Of a stretch of DNA of 64,000 bases, positions 41,284 through 50,947 are shown one piece after another (the stretch's first letter is position 1; every line of letters starts with the position of its first letter). The stretch is from assembly GCA_040767545.1 (NCBI GenBank), contig JAXGOK010000009.1:48390-112389 (forward strand), given 5' to 3'. The DNA comes from Aggregatilineaceae bacterium. GTDB lineage: Bacteria; Chloroflexota; Anaerolineae; Aggregatilineales; Aggregatilineaceae. The notes under the pieces are model-generated. The model made no database searches. It was not told the DNA's origin and was given only the letters and a program-made list of their open reading frames with translations. The translations under genes and the position numbers were made by a program.

Positions 41284-42018
41284 TCAGCCCGCGCCCGGCT
41301 TGGTGCCCCAGTGGACGGCCATCGTGCCCAGCATGAAGCGACGCCAGCCCACGTCCACCAGGCCCGCAGCGCGCATCAGGGCGGCCAGCTCTTCGGCGGA
41401 CTTGAAGCCGAGCGTGCTCTCTGGCAGGTAGCGGTAGGCGTCGGCCTGCCCGGTGATCCAGCGTCCCAGCGGCGGGATGACCAGCCGGAGATAGAGCCGG
41501 ATGAGTGGGCGCAGCGGGCCGCGCGGCGGCGTCGTGTCGAGCGTGACCAGGCGGCCACCCGGCTTGAGCACGCGCACCTGCTCGGTCAGCGCCCCGGCGA
41601 TGTCGGTCAGGTTGCGGAACAGGTAGCCACTCGTCACCGCGTCGAAGGAGTGGGCGGCGTAGGGCAGGTGCAGCGTGTCGGCGGCCTGCCAGGACAGCGG
41701 GCGTCGCCCGTCAGTGCTGGCGCTGCTTTCGCGGCGCTGCCCGACGCGCATCATCGGCAGGGCGAAGTCCGCCGCGACGATGTGCAGGTCGCCGACCTGC
41801 CGCTGCGCTTCGAAGGCGATGTCGCCGGTGCCGGTGGCGATGTCGAGCAGCCGCGCGCCGGGGCGCAGCGCCGCCCGCTGCACGACGTAGCGCCGCCAGC
41901 GCTGATCCTGTCCGAAGGTCATCAGCCGGTTCATCAGGTTATAGCGCCGCGCGATGCGCTCGAACATATCTCGCACGTAGGCGGCGTGGTCAGCGCGTGA
42001 AGTAGTATGCATGTCCAC
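41284..42018 (-). CDS. ubiE: UbiE/MenG-type (demethyl)menaquinone/ubiquinone C-methyltransferase
   Basis: VRDMFERIARRYNLMNRLMTFGQDQRWRR followed by the SAM motif LLDIATGTGD. The start is the GTG at 42018 or the ATG at 42012. Confidence 0.85.
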   Translation of the reverse strand: MDMHTTSRADHAAYVRDMFERIARRYNLMNRLMTFGQDQRWRRYVVQRAALRPGARLLDIATGTGDIAFEAQRQVGDLHIVAADFALPMMRVGQRRESSASTDGRRPLSWQAADTLHLPYAAHSFDAVTSGYLFRNLTDIAGALTEQVRVLKPGGRLVTLDTTPPRGPLRPLIRLYLRLVIPPLGRWITGQADAYRYLPESTLGFKSAEELAALMRAAGLVDVGWRRFMLGTMAVHWGTKPGAG

Positions 42019-42205
42019 CAGGAGTGTGAAACCGTGTCGTGCCGCGCCGGATGAGCGCGGCTGCTGTGTGTTCCAGCGATTGTACCAAACTTCGCAGCGC
42101 GTGCCCTGGGCGCTTTTTTACACATCCGTCCAAGATGGCTATACTGATATGGTAGGTCTACGGACCAGGAAATCGCGCATAGAATGTTTCAAGGAGAGGG
42201 CACCA

Positions 42206-43264
42206 ATGAAACGACTGTTGACTTCAATGCTCGTGCTGCTGCTCGTGTTCATGGCAGTGCAGGCCGCCGTCGCCCAGGAGGAAGAGGAGTTCGAGGTCGA
42301 AGAGCTGATCCCATGTGACGAGTACGACCTGAGCGAGCTGAAGGTCGGCTTGGTGACGGACGTGGGCGAGGTTGACGACAAGAGCTTCAACCAAAGCTCG
42401 TGGGAAGGGGTGCTGGCGGCGGAGTTGTGCGGCGCAACGGTGAACTACATCCAGACGGCCAGCGCTGCCGACTACGCGGACAACATCGCCGAGTTCGCTG
42501 AGAACGACTACAGCATCATTGTGACGGTGGGCTTCGCCCTAGGCCCGGCCACGCTGGAAGCGGCGGCCCTCTACCCGGATGTGCTGTTCATCGGGGTGGA
42601 TCAGTTCCAGGGTGAGGCGGTGGACAACGTGGTGGGTCTGGTCTTCCACGAGGATCAGGCGGGCTATCTGGCGGGGGTGCTGGCGGCGCGGCTGACCCAG
42701 ACGGGGACGATTGCCGCTGTGCTGGGCACCGACCAGGTACCGCCGGTGGTGGCCTTCAAGGAAGGCTACGAGGCCGGGGCGCGGGAAGTGAGCCCGGACA
42801 TCCGCATCATCTCGACCTACCATCCGGGGGCGATTGACCAGGCGTTCACCGACCCGGAGTGGGGAGCGGGGACGGCCAAGCAGGCGCTTGACCAGGATGC
42901 CGACGTGGTCTTTGGCGCGGGCGGCAAGACGGGCAACGGCGCGCTGATCGAGGTGGCGAACGCGGTAGGGGCTGGTGGCCCGCCGCCGTTCTGCATCGGG
43001 GTGGACACCGACCAGTGGTACACGGTGCCCGAAGCGCACCCCTGCCTGGTGTCGAGTGCGGTGAAGCTGCTGGACAAGGGTGTGGCGGCCATCATCATGG
43101 CCTTCGTGGACGAGACGCTGGAGCCGGGCAACTTCTTCGGTGAAGCGGGTCTGGCTGACTTCCACGACCTGGCCGACTTCGTGCCTGACGAGGTCGTGGC
43201 GGAGCTGGAAGAGGTCGCCGCTGGCCTGCTCGATGGCTCGATCACCACTGGCTACGGCGAGTAA
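42206..43264 (+). CDS. BMP-family (PnrA/Med-like) ABC transporter substrate-binding protein
   Basis: ATG at 42206 after AAGGAGAG. Signal peptide MKRLLTSMLVLLLVFMAVQAAVA. LKVGLVTDVGEVDDKSFNQSSWEG is the BMP signature. Confidence 0.85.
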   Translation: MKRLLTSMLVLLLVFMAVQAAVAQEEEEFEVEELIPCDEYDLSELKVGLVTDVGEVDDKSFNQSSWEGVLAAELCGATVNYIQTASAADYADNIAEFAENDYSIIVTVGFALGPATLEAAALYPDVLFIGVDQFQGEAVDNVVGLVFHEDQAGYLAGVLAARLTQTGTIAAVLGTDQVPPVVAFKEGYEAGAREVSPDIRIISTYHPGAIDQAFTDPEWGAGTAKQALDQDADVVFGAGGKTGNGALIEVANAVGAGGPPPFCIGVDTDQWYTVPEAHPCLVSSAVKLLDKGVAAIIMAFVDETLEPGNFFGEAGLADFHDLADFVPDEVVAELEEVAAGLLDGSITTGYGE

Positions 43265-43352
43265 GCCTCTGCCAGAGTGCGACAAACACCATTGCGATAA
43301 CAAGAACTCGCTCCCTCGCCGCCCGGCGGGGGAGCGTTCTCTTGGCAGCCAG

Positions 43353-44204
43353 CTAGTTCTCCCCCGCATGACGCCAGCGCCCGACGACTCGCTCCAGCGC
43401 ATCTACGGCCAGGTAGAAGGCCAGCCCCAGCAGCGACATCGCCAGGATGCCCGCATACATCTTCTCGTAGCGCAGGCGCTGCCAGGTCAGCGTGACGATG
43501 TAGTAGCCCAGGCCCTGGCGCGTCGAGTACTGCTCGGCCATGAACAGCACGGCAATGGCCGTGCCCACCGAGACGCGCAGCGCGGTCAGCACGGCGGGCA
43601 GCGACGCGGGCAGGTACACATAGCGGAACAGCGCGCGCCGCCCCGCTCCCAGCGAGCGCACGGACTGGATTAGCTCCGGGCGCAGGCTGGCCGCTTCGTC
43701 GCGCACCACGACGAGAATCTGGAAGAACAGGATCAGCGCGATCAGGAACACCTTCGAGGTCTCGCCAATGCCCATGATGACCAGGATCACCGGCAGGAAG
43801 ACGATCTTGGGGATGGGATGCACCAGCCCGATCAGCGGCGAGAAGATGCGGTTGAGCACGCGAATCTGGCCCAGGCCCATGCCCACCGGCGTGGCGATCA
43901 GCGTGGCGAAGGCGACCGCCTTAAGCACACGCTCCGCGCTGGCAGCCGTGTGATCCCACAGATCGCCCTGAATCTCCTCGACGAAGACGGGCAGCACGTC
44001 CCAGGGATAGGGCATGATATTGCGGCGCAGCGCGGCGGCCAGCGCCGCCCAGCAAGCCAGGAAGATCGCCAGCGCCAGCGCCAGGTTGAGGGCGCGCGCC
44101 GCGATGCCGCGCAGCGTCTGGTGCGCGGTGCCCGGCTCGGCGCTCTCGGCGGCCTCGGCGGGAGTCAGTGGGCCAGGCCCAGCAGGGTGCGTAGCTCGGT
44201 GCAT
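43353..44204 (-). CDS. ABC transporter permease (NitT/TauT family)
   Basis: EAA-loop style region (DEAASLRPELIQSVRSLGAGRRALFRYVYLPASLP). The start is uncertain because the annotated ORF overlaps the ATPase gene by 40 nt. Confidence 0.8.
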   Translation of the reverse strand: MHRATHPAGPGPLTPAEAAESAEPGTAHQTLRGIAARALNLALALAIFLACWAALAAALRRNIMPYPWDVLPVFVEEIQGDLWDHTAASAERVLKAVAFATLIATPVGMGLGQIRVLNRIFSPLIGLVHPIPKIVFLPVILVIMGIGETSKVFLIALILFFQILVVVRDEAASLRPELIQSVRSLGAGRRALFRYVYLPASLPAVLTALRVSVGTAIAVLFMAEQYSTRQGLGYYIVTLTWQRLRYEKMYAGILAMSLLGLAFYLAVDALERVVGRWRHAGEN

Positions 44205-44950
44205 TTGTCCAGAAAGTCCGTTGTGCTGCGGTAGCCGGACGCGCCGGCTCCGGGATTCTCGACGATGACGGGCGCGGTGTTGGGCGGGTGGCTCAGCACC
44301 AGAATGCGGCGGCCCAGGATGGCCGCCTCCTCAATGGCGTGGGTGACAATCACGCTGGTCAGGCCCATCTCCGCGCGCAGTTGCAGGATCAGGTTTTGCA
44401 GGTCTTCGCGGGTGGGCGCGTCCAGGCTGCTGAACGGCTCGTCCATCAGCAGCAAGTCCGGTTGCAGGGCGAGTGTCCGGGCGATAGCCGTGCGCTGGCG
44501 CTGCCCGCCGCTGATCGCGCCGGGGAACTTGTCGCGCTGGTCGTAGATGTTGAGCCGCGCCAGCCAGTGGGCGACCATCGCCCGCGCTTCCCTGCGCGAA
44601 GGCGGCGGCGCGCCGCGCGGGGCATGCGTGCCGTCCGGCCCGTAGAAGCGGCGCACGCGCAGCCCCAGGGCCACGTTATCCCAGACCGTTGCCCAGGGCA
44701 GCAGGCCGAAGTCCTGCAGGATCAGCCCTGTTTCGGGGCGAGGGCGGCGGATCACCGTCTCGCCGACGCGGATTGCCCCGCTCGTCGCGCGGCGCAGCCC
44801 GGCGATCAGCGTCAGCAGCGTGGTCTTGCCGCAGCCGGACGCGCCGATGATAGACCACGCTTCGCCCGGCGCGACATGCCACGAGAAGTCCTGGAAGACG
44901 GGCGTCCCGCGCGAGCCATAGCGGAAAGTGAGGTGCTCGATGGTAATCAT
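44165..44950 (-). CDS. ABC transporter ATP-binding protein (NitT/TauT family)
   Basis: Walker A GASGCGKTTL, signature ISGGQRQRTAIARTL, Walker B LLLMDEPFSSLD. Confidence 0.9.
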   Translation of the reverse strand: MITIEHLTFRYGSRGTPVFQDFSWHVAPGEAWSIIGASGCGKTTLLTLIAGLRRATSGAIRVGETVIRRPRPETGLILQDFGLLPWATVWDNVALGLRVRRFYGPDGTHAPRGAPPPSRREARAMVAHWLARLNIYDQRDKFPGAISGGQRQRTAIARTLALQPDLLLMDEPFSSLDAPTREDLQNLILQLRAEMGLTSVIVTHAIEEAAILGRRILVLSHPPNTAPVIVENPGAGASGYRSTTDFLDKCTELRTLLGLAH

Positions 44951-45002
44951 TTTGATTCAGGTGCAGGCAAAGGAGCCAACTGGACCCTTCTCCGCCTGGG
45001 CA

Positions 45003-45096
45003 GCCTCACCCCCGCTCGGCGCTGACGCGCCTTGCCGCCCCCTCTCCACAGCGTGGAAAGGGGGCAAGCCGAGCGGAGCGAGGCTGGGGGTGAGGC
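45003..45096. repeat. complete family-A nested palindrome
   Basis: GCCTCACCCCCGCTCGGCGCTGACGCGCCTTGCCGCCCCCTCTCCACAGCGTGGAAAGGGGGCAAGCCGAGCGGAGCGAGGCTGGGGGTGAGGC. Confidence 0.75.
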
Positions 45097-45100
45097 CCCA

Positions 45101-46357
45101 CTACTCCAGTGTCATCAAATAGGCGACCAACGCCGCCACGTCTGCCTCGCTCAGCGTGTCGTAGGCGGGCATGAACGGCCCGAAGCCCTCGACGACGAAG
45201 GCCGACGGCTCGACGATAGCCTGGCGCAGGTATTCCTCCGCACTCTGCCCGGTAACCATGCTCCCTGCCCGGCCCGCAATTCCGGCCAGCGATGGCCCGG
45301 CACCCGCCGTACCGTCCAGCGAATGGCAGCCGGTGCAGCCCAGGCTGGCGAATAGCGCCTCGCCCTGAGCGGCATCACCGGCGGGCGCGATGGCTTCCAG
45401 GAAGGCCGGGTTGACGGTGTCGGCGTAGCTGGCTGTGCTCTCCACAATGTCCTGCTCGATCAGCCAGGCGACAGCGTCATCCCAGGCGGCCTCGTTGGTG
45501 ATCTCGTAGATGGGGAAGGGCGGCAGCGCGTAGGTGTCCTTGACGCTGTCGGGCACGTTGGTCTTCTCCATCCACAGCTCGCGGTACGCTTCCGGGTCGG
45601 TGTTGATGTCGTCGGCGGCGCGTATCCACGCCCGCAGGAAGCCCTCGACGGCCTCCGGCTGCTTCTCGATCACCTCAGTGCGGAAGCTGAGCACGCTCTG
45701 GCTGAACTGCGTCTCCACCAGCACGGTGTCGTCGGCGATCAGCGTCGCCCCGCCGACGATGGCCGCCTGAGCCAGTGGATCGGGCAGACAGACCGCCTTC
45801 ATCTGGCCTTCCATCAGCAGTTGGAAGCGGATGGCGATGTTCGGCTCGGCACGGAAGGTCAGGTCAGCGGCGCTCACGCCTTCGGCTTCGAGGATGCGCT
45901 GGGCGATGTAGTGGATGACCGAGTTCTCGCTGATGCCGATCTCGACGTTGGTCAGGTCGCTGGGGATGGTCAGGTTGCTGCGCGGCGCGCCCAGCAGCCG
46001 GAACTGCGGGGAATCCGGGTAGGCGCGGCGGGCCAGCGCCACGATCTGCACCAGCGGCTCGTCCTGGTTGAAGATGCCGGCGCTGATCAGGTCGTTAACC
46101 ATGCCGTCAATCTCCCCGGCGATCACCAGTTGGTCGCGCTCCAGGGCGCTGCTGACCGGGATCAGCTCAATCTCCACGCCCTCGGCGGCGAAGTAACCGG
46201 CTTGGTCGGCCACGTAGAAGGGCAGCACGTCCAGGATGGGCAGCAGGCCCATGCGCAGCTTGGGCATATCCTGCGCCTGGGTGCGCCCGGCCAGCGGAGC
46301 CAGGCTCGCGGCGAGCACGGCGGCAATCAACATGAGGGCGAACAGAGTCTTGCGCAT
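45101..46357 (-). CDS. NMT1/THI5-SsuA-like substrate-binding protein fused to a C-terminal class-I c-type cytochrome domain
   Basis: Signal peptide. The binding-protein fold covers residues about 30-320 (LRMGLLPILDVLPFYVA...). The C-terminal about 90 aa has the haem motif CTGCH, a GPSLAGIAGR motif and a distal Met (GPFMPAY). Confidence 0.8.
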   Translation of the reverse strand: MRKTLFALMLIAAVLAASLAPLAGRTQAQDMPKLRMGLLPILDVLPFYVADQAGYFAAEGVEIELIPVSSALERDQLVIAGEIDGMVNDLISAGIFNQDEPLVQIVALARRAYPDSPQFRLLGAPRSNLTIPSDLTNVEIGISENSVIHYIAQRILEAEGVSAADLTFRAEPNIAIRFQLLMEGQMKAVCLPDPLAQAAIVGGATLIADDTVLVETQFSQSVLSFRTEVIEKQPEAVEGFLRAWIRAADDINTDPEAYRELWMEKTNVPDSVKDTYALPPFPIYEITNEAAWDDAVAWLIEQDIVESTASYADTVNPAFLEAIAPAGDAAQGEALFASLGCTGCHSLDGTAGAGPSLAGIAGRAGSMVTGQSAEEYLRQAIVEPSAFVVEGFGPFMPAYDTLSEADVAALVAYLMTLE

Positions 46358-46384
46358 AGTGAATACTCCTTGGGCTTGTACGTC

Positions 46385-46715
46385 GCCAGCATCGGTAACC
46401 GTTAATCAGTCATCAGTGCTCAGTCTGCGGGTGCCCGCAGTGCAAAACCTCACGATAGTACCTCGCAAGTGGAGAGGCCCGCTGTGGCACGGTCCACGAG
46501 CAAGCTGTCAGGTAGTTGCCGACAGGCCCCCATCCCCTGGCCCCTTCTCTGGGCCAAGCTAGGGGAAGGGGAGAACGGCCAGCCGGAGTCCCTCTCTAGC
46601 TCGGCTGGAAGGAGGATCAAGGGGAGGCATTCAGTGAACATTCTTGACCTCCCCCCCGGCAGTACCGCTTGAAGCATGTTCTACCAACAGCCAATAACCA
46701 AGAACCCAAGACCGC
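46385..46715. repeat. mosaic of family F, B, G and F units
   Basis: CGGTAACCGTTAATCAGTCATCAGTGCTCAGTC. CCCCCATCCCCTGGCCCCTTC...GGGGAAGGGGAG at 46527-46573. CCTCTCTAGCTCGGCTGGAAGGAGG at 46588-46615. CAACAGCCAATAACCAAGAACCCAAG. Confidence 0.5.
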
Positions 46716-46837
46716 GCCATCGCGCGAAGCCTATCCATCATAGTGATATTCGGCACATCGGCGTCTATTGTCAACTACCAACAACACAGGTCTCCCCTCG
46801 CCGGGAGACCTGTGTCCTGCGCCACACAGCCTTGCGG

Positions 46838-47821
46838 TTACGCCAGCCGCTCGCGGAACACCTCGGTCAGCGCCGGAACCACGTCGAACAGGTCGCCAAC
46901 GATGCCGAAGCGGGCCTGCTTGAAGATTGGCGCGTCGGGGTCTTTGTTGATGGCGACGATCACCTTGGCCGTGCGCATCCCCGCCTGGTGCTGGATGGCA
47001 CCGGAGATGCCCGCCGCGATATACAGGTCTGGCGAGACGACTTTGCCCGTCTGCCCGATCTGGTGCTCGTAGGCAATCCAGCCCGCGTCAACGGCGGCGC
47101 GGCTGGCTCCGAGCGCTGCACCGAGCACCTCGGCCAGGGCGCGCAGCGGGGCGAAGCCCTCGGCACTGCCAACACCGCGCCCCCCCGCGACGATGATGCC
47201 CGCGTCGGTCAGGCTCACCTGGCCGCCGCTCGTCTCGATGCCCTCAATCTGGGTGGGGATGGCGTCCGGGGCCAGCGCGGGCGCAACAGCGATCACCTTG
47301 CCGCTTCGCCCCGGTTGGGGTTCCGGCACGGGGAAGGCGCGCGGGCGGGGCGCGGCGAACTGCGGCCCGTCGCCGGTGACCGCTTCCACACGCAACACCC
47401 TGCCGCCCAGCACCGGGCGCACAGTGCGCAGCTTGCCGCCATCGAGCGCCAATTCGGTCACGTCGGCCAGCAGGGGAGCGCTCAGGTCGGCGGAAGCGCC
47501 AGCCAGCAGCTCGCGCCCGGCGATAGTCGCCGCCGCCAGCACCACATCCGGCGCGCGCTCTTTCACCAGCGCGGCCAGCAGGGCTACATACGGCTCAAAG
47601 CGGTAGCGGGCCAGCGACGCATCGCCTGCCTGGATGACGGCGTCCGCGCCGTACTCGAACGCGGCCTGCGTGATAGCCCCAGTCTGCGCGCCGTCGCCGA
47701 AGACGAGCGCCGTCACCGTCCCGCCATTGGCCAGCGACCGGGCCAATCCCAGCGCCTCCCACGACGCCGTGACCGGCTGGCCGCTGTGCTGCTCGATCCA
47801 GACAAAGATCGCGGCGCTCAT
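46838..47821 (-). CDS. etfA: electron transfer flavoprotein alpha subunit
   Basis: The C-terminal FAD-binding signature is [35 protein letters not shown]. 4-nt overlap with etfB. Confidence 0.9.
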   Translation of the reverse strand: MSAAIFVWIEQHSGQPVTASWEALGLARSLANGGTVTALVFGDGAQTGAITQAAFEYGADAVIQAGDASLARYRFEPYVALLAALVKERAPDVVLAAATIAGRELLAGASADLSAPLLADVTELALDGGKLRTVRPVLGGRVLRVEAVTGDGPQFAAPRPRAFPVPEPQPGRSGKVIAVAPALAPDAIPTQIEGIETSGGQVSLTDAGIIVAGGRGVGSAEGFAPLRALAEVLGAALGASRAAVDAGWIAYEHQIGQTGKVVSPDLYIAAGISGAIQHQAGMRTAKVIVAINKDPDAPIFKQARFGIVGDLFDVVPALTEVFRERLA

Positions 47822-48603
47822 AGGACTTTCTCCTCCAGCAGGCGGGCGACCAGCCTGGCCGCCTGCTCCTGGGCGCTGGTGCCCTCAATGATCTCGGCGG
47901 AGCCTTCGCGCTTGGGCAGCTCGCGGTGCCCGCTGACTGTCGTCTTGGGCGCGACGGCAGCCGCGCTCAGCCCCAGGTCGGCCAGCGACCAGACGGGAAT
48001 CTCCGCTTTGGCCGCCTTGCGGATGCCGATGAAGGTCGGGTACTTCGGCTCGTTGATGTCTTTCAGCACGCTGATCACGGCGGGCAGGCGACCGTTGACC
48101 ACTTCGGTGCCCTGGTCGGTCATGCGGCGGACGCGGATGGTGCGCGCGGCGAAGTCAATCGCCTCGATCTTGGCGACGAAGCCGATCATCGTCCAGCCGA
48201 GCTTGCGGGCCGTCTGGAAGATATGCTGATCGCTGGCGCTGTCGGAAATCTCCTTGCCGAAGATGACCAGGCCAACGTCGCCCAGCTTGCGGATGGCAGC
48301 GGCGGCGGCGTGGGCATAGGCCAGGCTGTCGCCGTCGGCCAGCGCCGGGTCCCACACGCGAATGGCCTGGTCGCAGCCGATGGCGAGACCGTGCTTGAGC
48401 GCCTCGACTTGCGCCTCCGGCCCAACGGTCATGACCGTCACCTGGCCGTTGTGCGCGCCCTTGAGCAGCACGGCCTCGGTGATGGCGTACTCGTCCCAGG
48501 GGTTGACCACCAGCTTGTCGCCCCACTGGACATTCCCGCCGGCGTCCACCGCGACGGCAGCCTCGGTGTCCGGTGTCATGTTTGCAATCGCTACAACATG
48601 CAA
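47818..48603 (-). CDS. etfB: electron transfer flavoprotein beta subunit
   Basis: NPWDEYAITEAVLLK and DLVIFGKEISDSASDQ are typical EtfB motifs. Confidence 0.9.
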   Translation of the reverse strand: MHVVAIANMTPDTEAAVAVDAGGNVQWGDKLVVNPWDEYAITEAVLLKGAHNGQVTVMTVGPEAQVEALKHGLAIGCDQAIRVWDPALADGDSLAYAHAAAAAIRKLGDVGLVIFGKEISDSASDQHIFQTARKLGWTMIGFVAKIEAIDFAARTIRVRRMTDQGTEVVNGRLPAVISVLKDINEPKYPTFIGIRKAAKAEIPVWSLADLGLSAAAVAPKTTVSGHRELPKREGSAEIIEGTSAQEQAARLVARLLEEKVL

Positions 48604-48656
48604 AGGTCACCCTCCTCAAAGACTAAGCAGGATTATTGGAGCGCGGAGAGCGGAAG

Positions 48657-48837
48657 TCATTGGTTGTTGGTTATTGGTCAGGCGCGTATGACACGCAGTC
48701 GTCTGAGACCGTTTGAGAAGTCGTGCGCCTGCCTGTGCCCCCCATCCCCAGCCCTTCCCCCCTGGTGGGGTATGGTATAAAAGCGCACCCGCTAAGCCCC
48801 TCCCTCCTTGTGGGGGTGGGGTTTGGGGTGGGGGGAT
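48657..48837. repeat. family-F unit plus family-B element (overlaps the MFS gene 3' end)
   Basis: TCATTGGTTGTTGGTTATTGGTCA. CCCCCCATCCCCAGCCCTTCCCCCC...GGGGGTGGGGTTTGGGGTGGGGGG at 48736-48837. Confidence 0.55.
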
Positions 48838-50099
48838 ACTTCAATGGCCCGCAGTCCCCGCGCCTCTTGCCGGGCGACCCACAGCGCGGCGGGCAGCGCC
48901 GCCAGCAAGATACCCGTCGCCAGCCAGAACAGCCCGCCGATAGCCACTAGCGGCAGCAGCGCGTAGGCGATCAGCGGCCCAGCGGCGCTGCCGCTATCGC
49001 CGATGGTGTTGATGATCCCCAGGATGCGCCCCCGGTTGTTCTCTCCGGCGTAATCGCCGACGAGGGTCATCACCTGCGTCTGCAGGACGCTGGTGGCGAT
49101 GGAGCTGAGCATGATCGCCGTCACCACGACGATCCCTCTGCCCCCCGCCGTCAGCGCCATCGAAGCCACGCCCAGGGCCAGCGCGAAGAGGACCAGCCGC
49201 CAGCGGTTGCCGGTCAGGTCGCTGAGCCAGCCGGCCAGCGGCGAGGCGAGCAGGCCGAGCGCCTGACTCCCTGCCGACATCGCCCCGGTGAATGTGGACA
49301 GGTAGATGATCGTCCCGGCTATGCGCACCGTCTCGCCGACCCGTTCTTCGAGCAGCAGCGGCAGCACCGCGCCCAGGATGCCAATGAAGATGAGCCAGTT
49401 GACGCCCAGCAAAGCGATGGCGACTGCCAGCGGCAAACGCTTATTCGGCGGCGGGATGGGCGTCCCTGGCTGCGAGGGCACGGCGGCGGGCGAGGGCGAA
49501 GAAGGGTGCGCGGGCTGCGTCTCCGGCAGCAGCAGCAGCCACAGCAGCGCCGCACTGAAGGTGATGCCGGAGCAGACGCGCAGCGCCGCGTGGTAGCCGA
49601 GCCAGTCGGTCAGCGCGCCGCCGGCCAGCGCTGCCCCGCCCGACCCCAGGAAGAACCACATTTGCAGGCGGCCCACAAAGCGCCCCCGGTTGGCGAAAGT
49701 GGACAGGTCGAGGGCCATCGTGCTGGCGCTCAGCCAGATGCCCGCCCAGGCCGTGCCCCACAACAAGCGCCCGATCAGCAGCGGCCAGAAGCCGGGGACA
49801 GTGTAGAGCAGCGACGAGATCGCCCCGAAGAAGAGCGCCGGCACCGCAATCCGCCGGCGCGGGATGCGCTCGATGAGCACGCCCAGCGGCCCGTTGATGA
49901 CGATGCGGATCAGGCGGTTGGCCGAGAGCATCAGCCCCACGTTGGTCAGGGCGATGCCGGCCTCCTTCGTGTGCGTGGGTAGCACGACATAGAGCGTCAG
50001 GTCGCCGAGCAAGGAGATGGCCACGCCCAGCCCGACGATGTGCAGCGCCCATTCTGGCGCAAGTCGCTGCCGCCAGGCAGTCAGGGCAAGGCTAGCCAT
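48792..50099 (-). CDS. MFS transporter
   Basis: 435 aa with 12 predicted TM segments. The last about 15 codons (SPHPKPHPHKEGGA) lie inside the family-B repeat. 8-nt overlap with the upstream phosphodiesterase gene. Confidence 0.8.
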   Translation of the reverse strand: MASLALTAWRQRLAPEWALHIVGLGVAISLLGDLTLYVVLPTHTKEAGIALTNVGLMLSANRLIRIVINGPLGVLIERIPRRRIAVPALFFGAISSLLYTVPGFWPLLIGRLLWGTAWAGIWLSASTMALDLSTFANRGRFVGRLQMWFFLGSGGAALAGGALTDWLGYHAALRVCSGITFSAALLWLLLLPETQPAHPSSPSPAAVPSQPGTPIPPPNKRLPLAVAIALLGVNWLIFIGILGAVLPLLLEERVGETVRIAGTIIYLSTFTGAMSAGSQALGLLASPLAGWLSDLTGNRWRLVLFALALGVASMALTAGGRGIVVVTAIMLSSIATSVLQTQVMTLVGDYAGENNRGRILGIINTIGDSGSAAGPLIAYALLPLVAIGGLFWLATGILLAALPAALWVARQEARGLRAIEVSPHPKPHPHKEGGA

Positions 50100-50898
50100 C
50101 GCGCAGGGCTTCCCGGACGGGGTGGCCCTCCCACACCTGGGGACAGGGAATCCCCAGCAGATGGGCGATGGTCGCCGCCGTGTCGAAGATGCACACCGGC
50201 CCGCTGATGGCGTACCCCGCCTTGACCGCCGGGCCGTTGAGAATCCAGGGGATGGTCAGGTCTTCCGGCGAGTCGGTACCATGCGTGAAGTCGTGCCCGC
50301 CGTGATCGGCCAGCAGCAGCACGGTGTAGGCGTCGCGCAGGCCGGCGCGCTCCAGCGCGTCCAGCACGCCCCCCAGCGCAGCGTCCATGCGCTCAACCGC
50401 CGCCAGGTACGGCGCGGACATCCAGCCAGAAGCGTGACCCACCAGGTCGGACTCGGCCAGGTAGATGACGACCAGATCGGGCTGCTCGGTCACAAGTAGA
50501 TCGGTGGCCTGGGCAGCCACGATCTGGTCGGCCTCGGCGGTGACGGCCCCATCGCGGCAGTAGCTGACGGTCAGGCTGCCGTGTGCCGAGAGATCGCGGA
50601 GCTGCTCCCAACTGTAGAACATGGCCGTCTGCCGCCCGTTGTGATGAGCTATGTCCACGAAGCTGGGGAAGGCGACGGCAGATTGCTGGAAGATATTGTC
50701 GGTCACGCCGTGCCTGGCCGGCGAGACGCCACGAAACATGGACATATGCGCCGGCAACGTGTAGCTGGGCGCGACCGACTGGGCGTGCCAGGTGTAGGCC
50801 CCACCCTGCCACAGGCGGTCAGCGTTGGGGGTGTGAGCCTGGGCCAGAGCGTCGGGGCGGCAGCCGTCGAAGATGGTGAGAATCGTCTTGTGGGTCAT
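50092..50898 (-). CDS. alkaline-phosphatase-superfamily nucleotide pyrophosphatase/phosphodiesterase (NPP)-like protein
   Basis: ILTIFDGCRPDAL (metal-site Asp), PSYTLPAHMSMFRGVSPARHGV (Thr nucleophile motif), and LLADHGGHD. Confidence 0.8.
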   Translation of the reverse strand: MTHKTILTIFDGCRPDALAQAHTPNADRLWQGGAYTWHAQSVAPSYTLPAHMSMFRGVSPARHGVTDNIFQQSAVAFPSFVDIAHHNGRQTAMFYSWEQLRDLSAHGSLTVSYCRDGAVTAEADQIVAAQATDLLVTEQPDLVVIYLAESDLVGHASGWMSAPYLAAVERMDAALGGVLDALERAGLRDAYTVLLLADHGGHDFTHGTDSPEDLTIPWILNGPAVKAGYAISGPVCIFDTAATIAHLLGIPCPQVWEGHPVREALRDG

Positions 50899-50947
50899 GG
50901 ATGCAGTTGAGCCTCGTCGGTGCGTGGTGGCGCAAGCACAAAGCCCG

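Noticed and set aside
46358-46460. A possible TPP riboswitch upstream of the NMT1/THI5-like binding protein, based on CTGAG...ACTGAT...GCTGGCG fragments.
   Set aside because: The matching fragments belong to the family-F dispersed repeat, which also occurs at 4525-4612 and 62331-62408. The conserved TPP core (CUGAGA ... ACCUGAUCUGGAUAAUGCCAGCG) is not reproduced.
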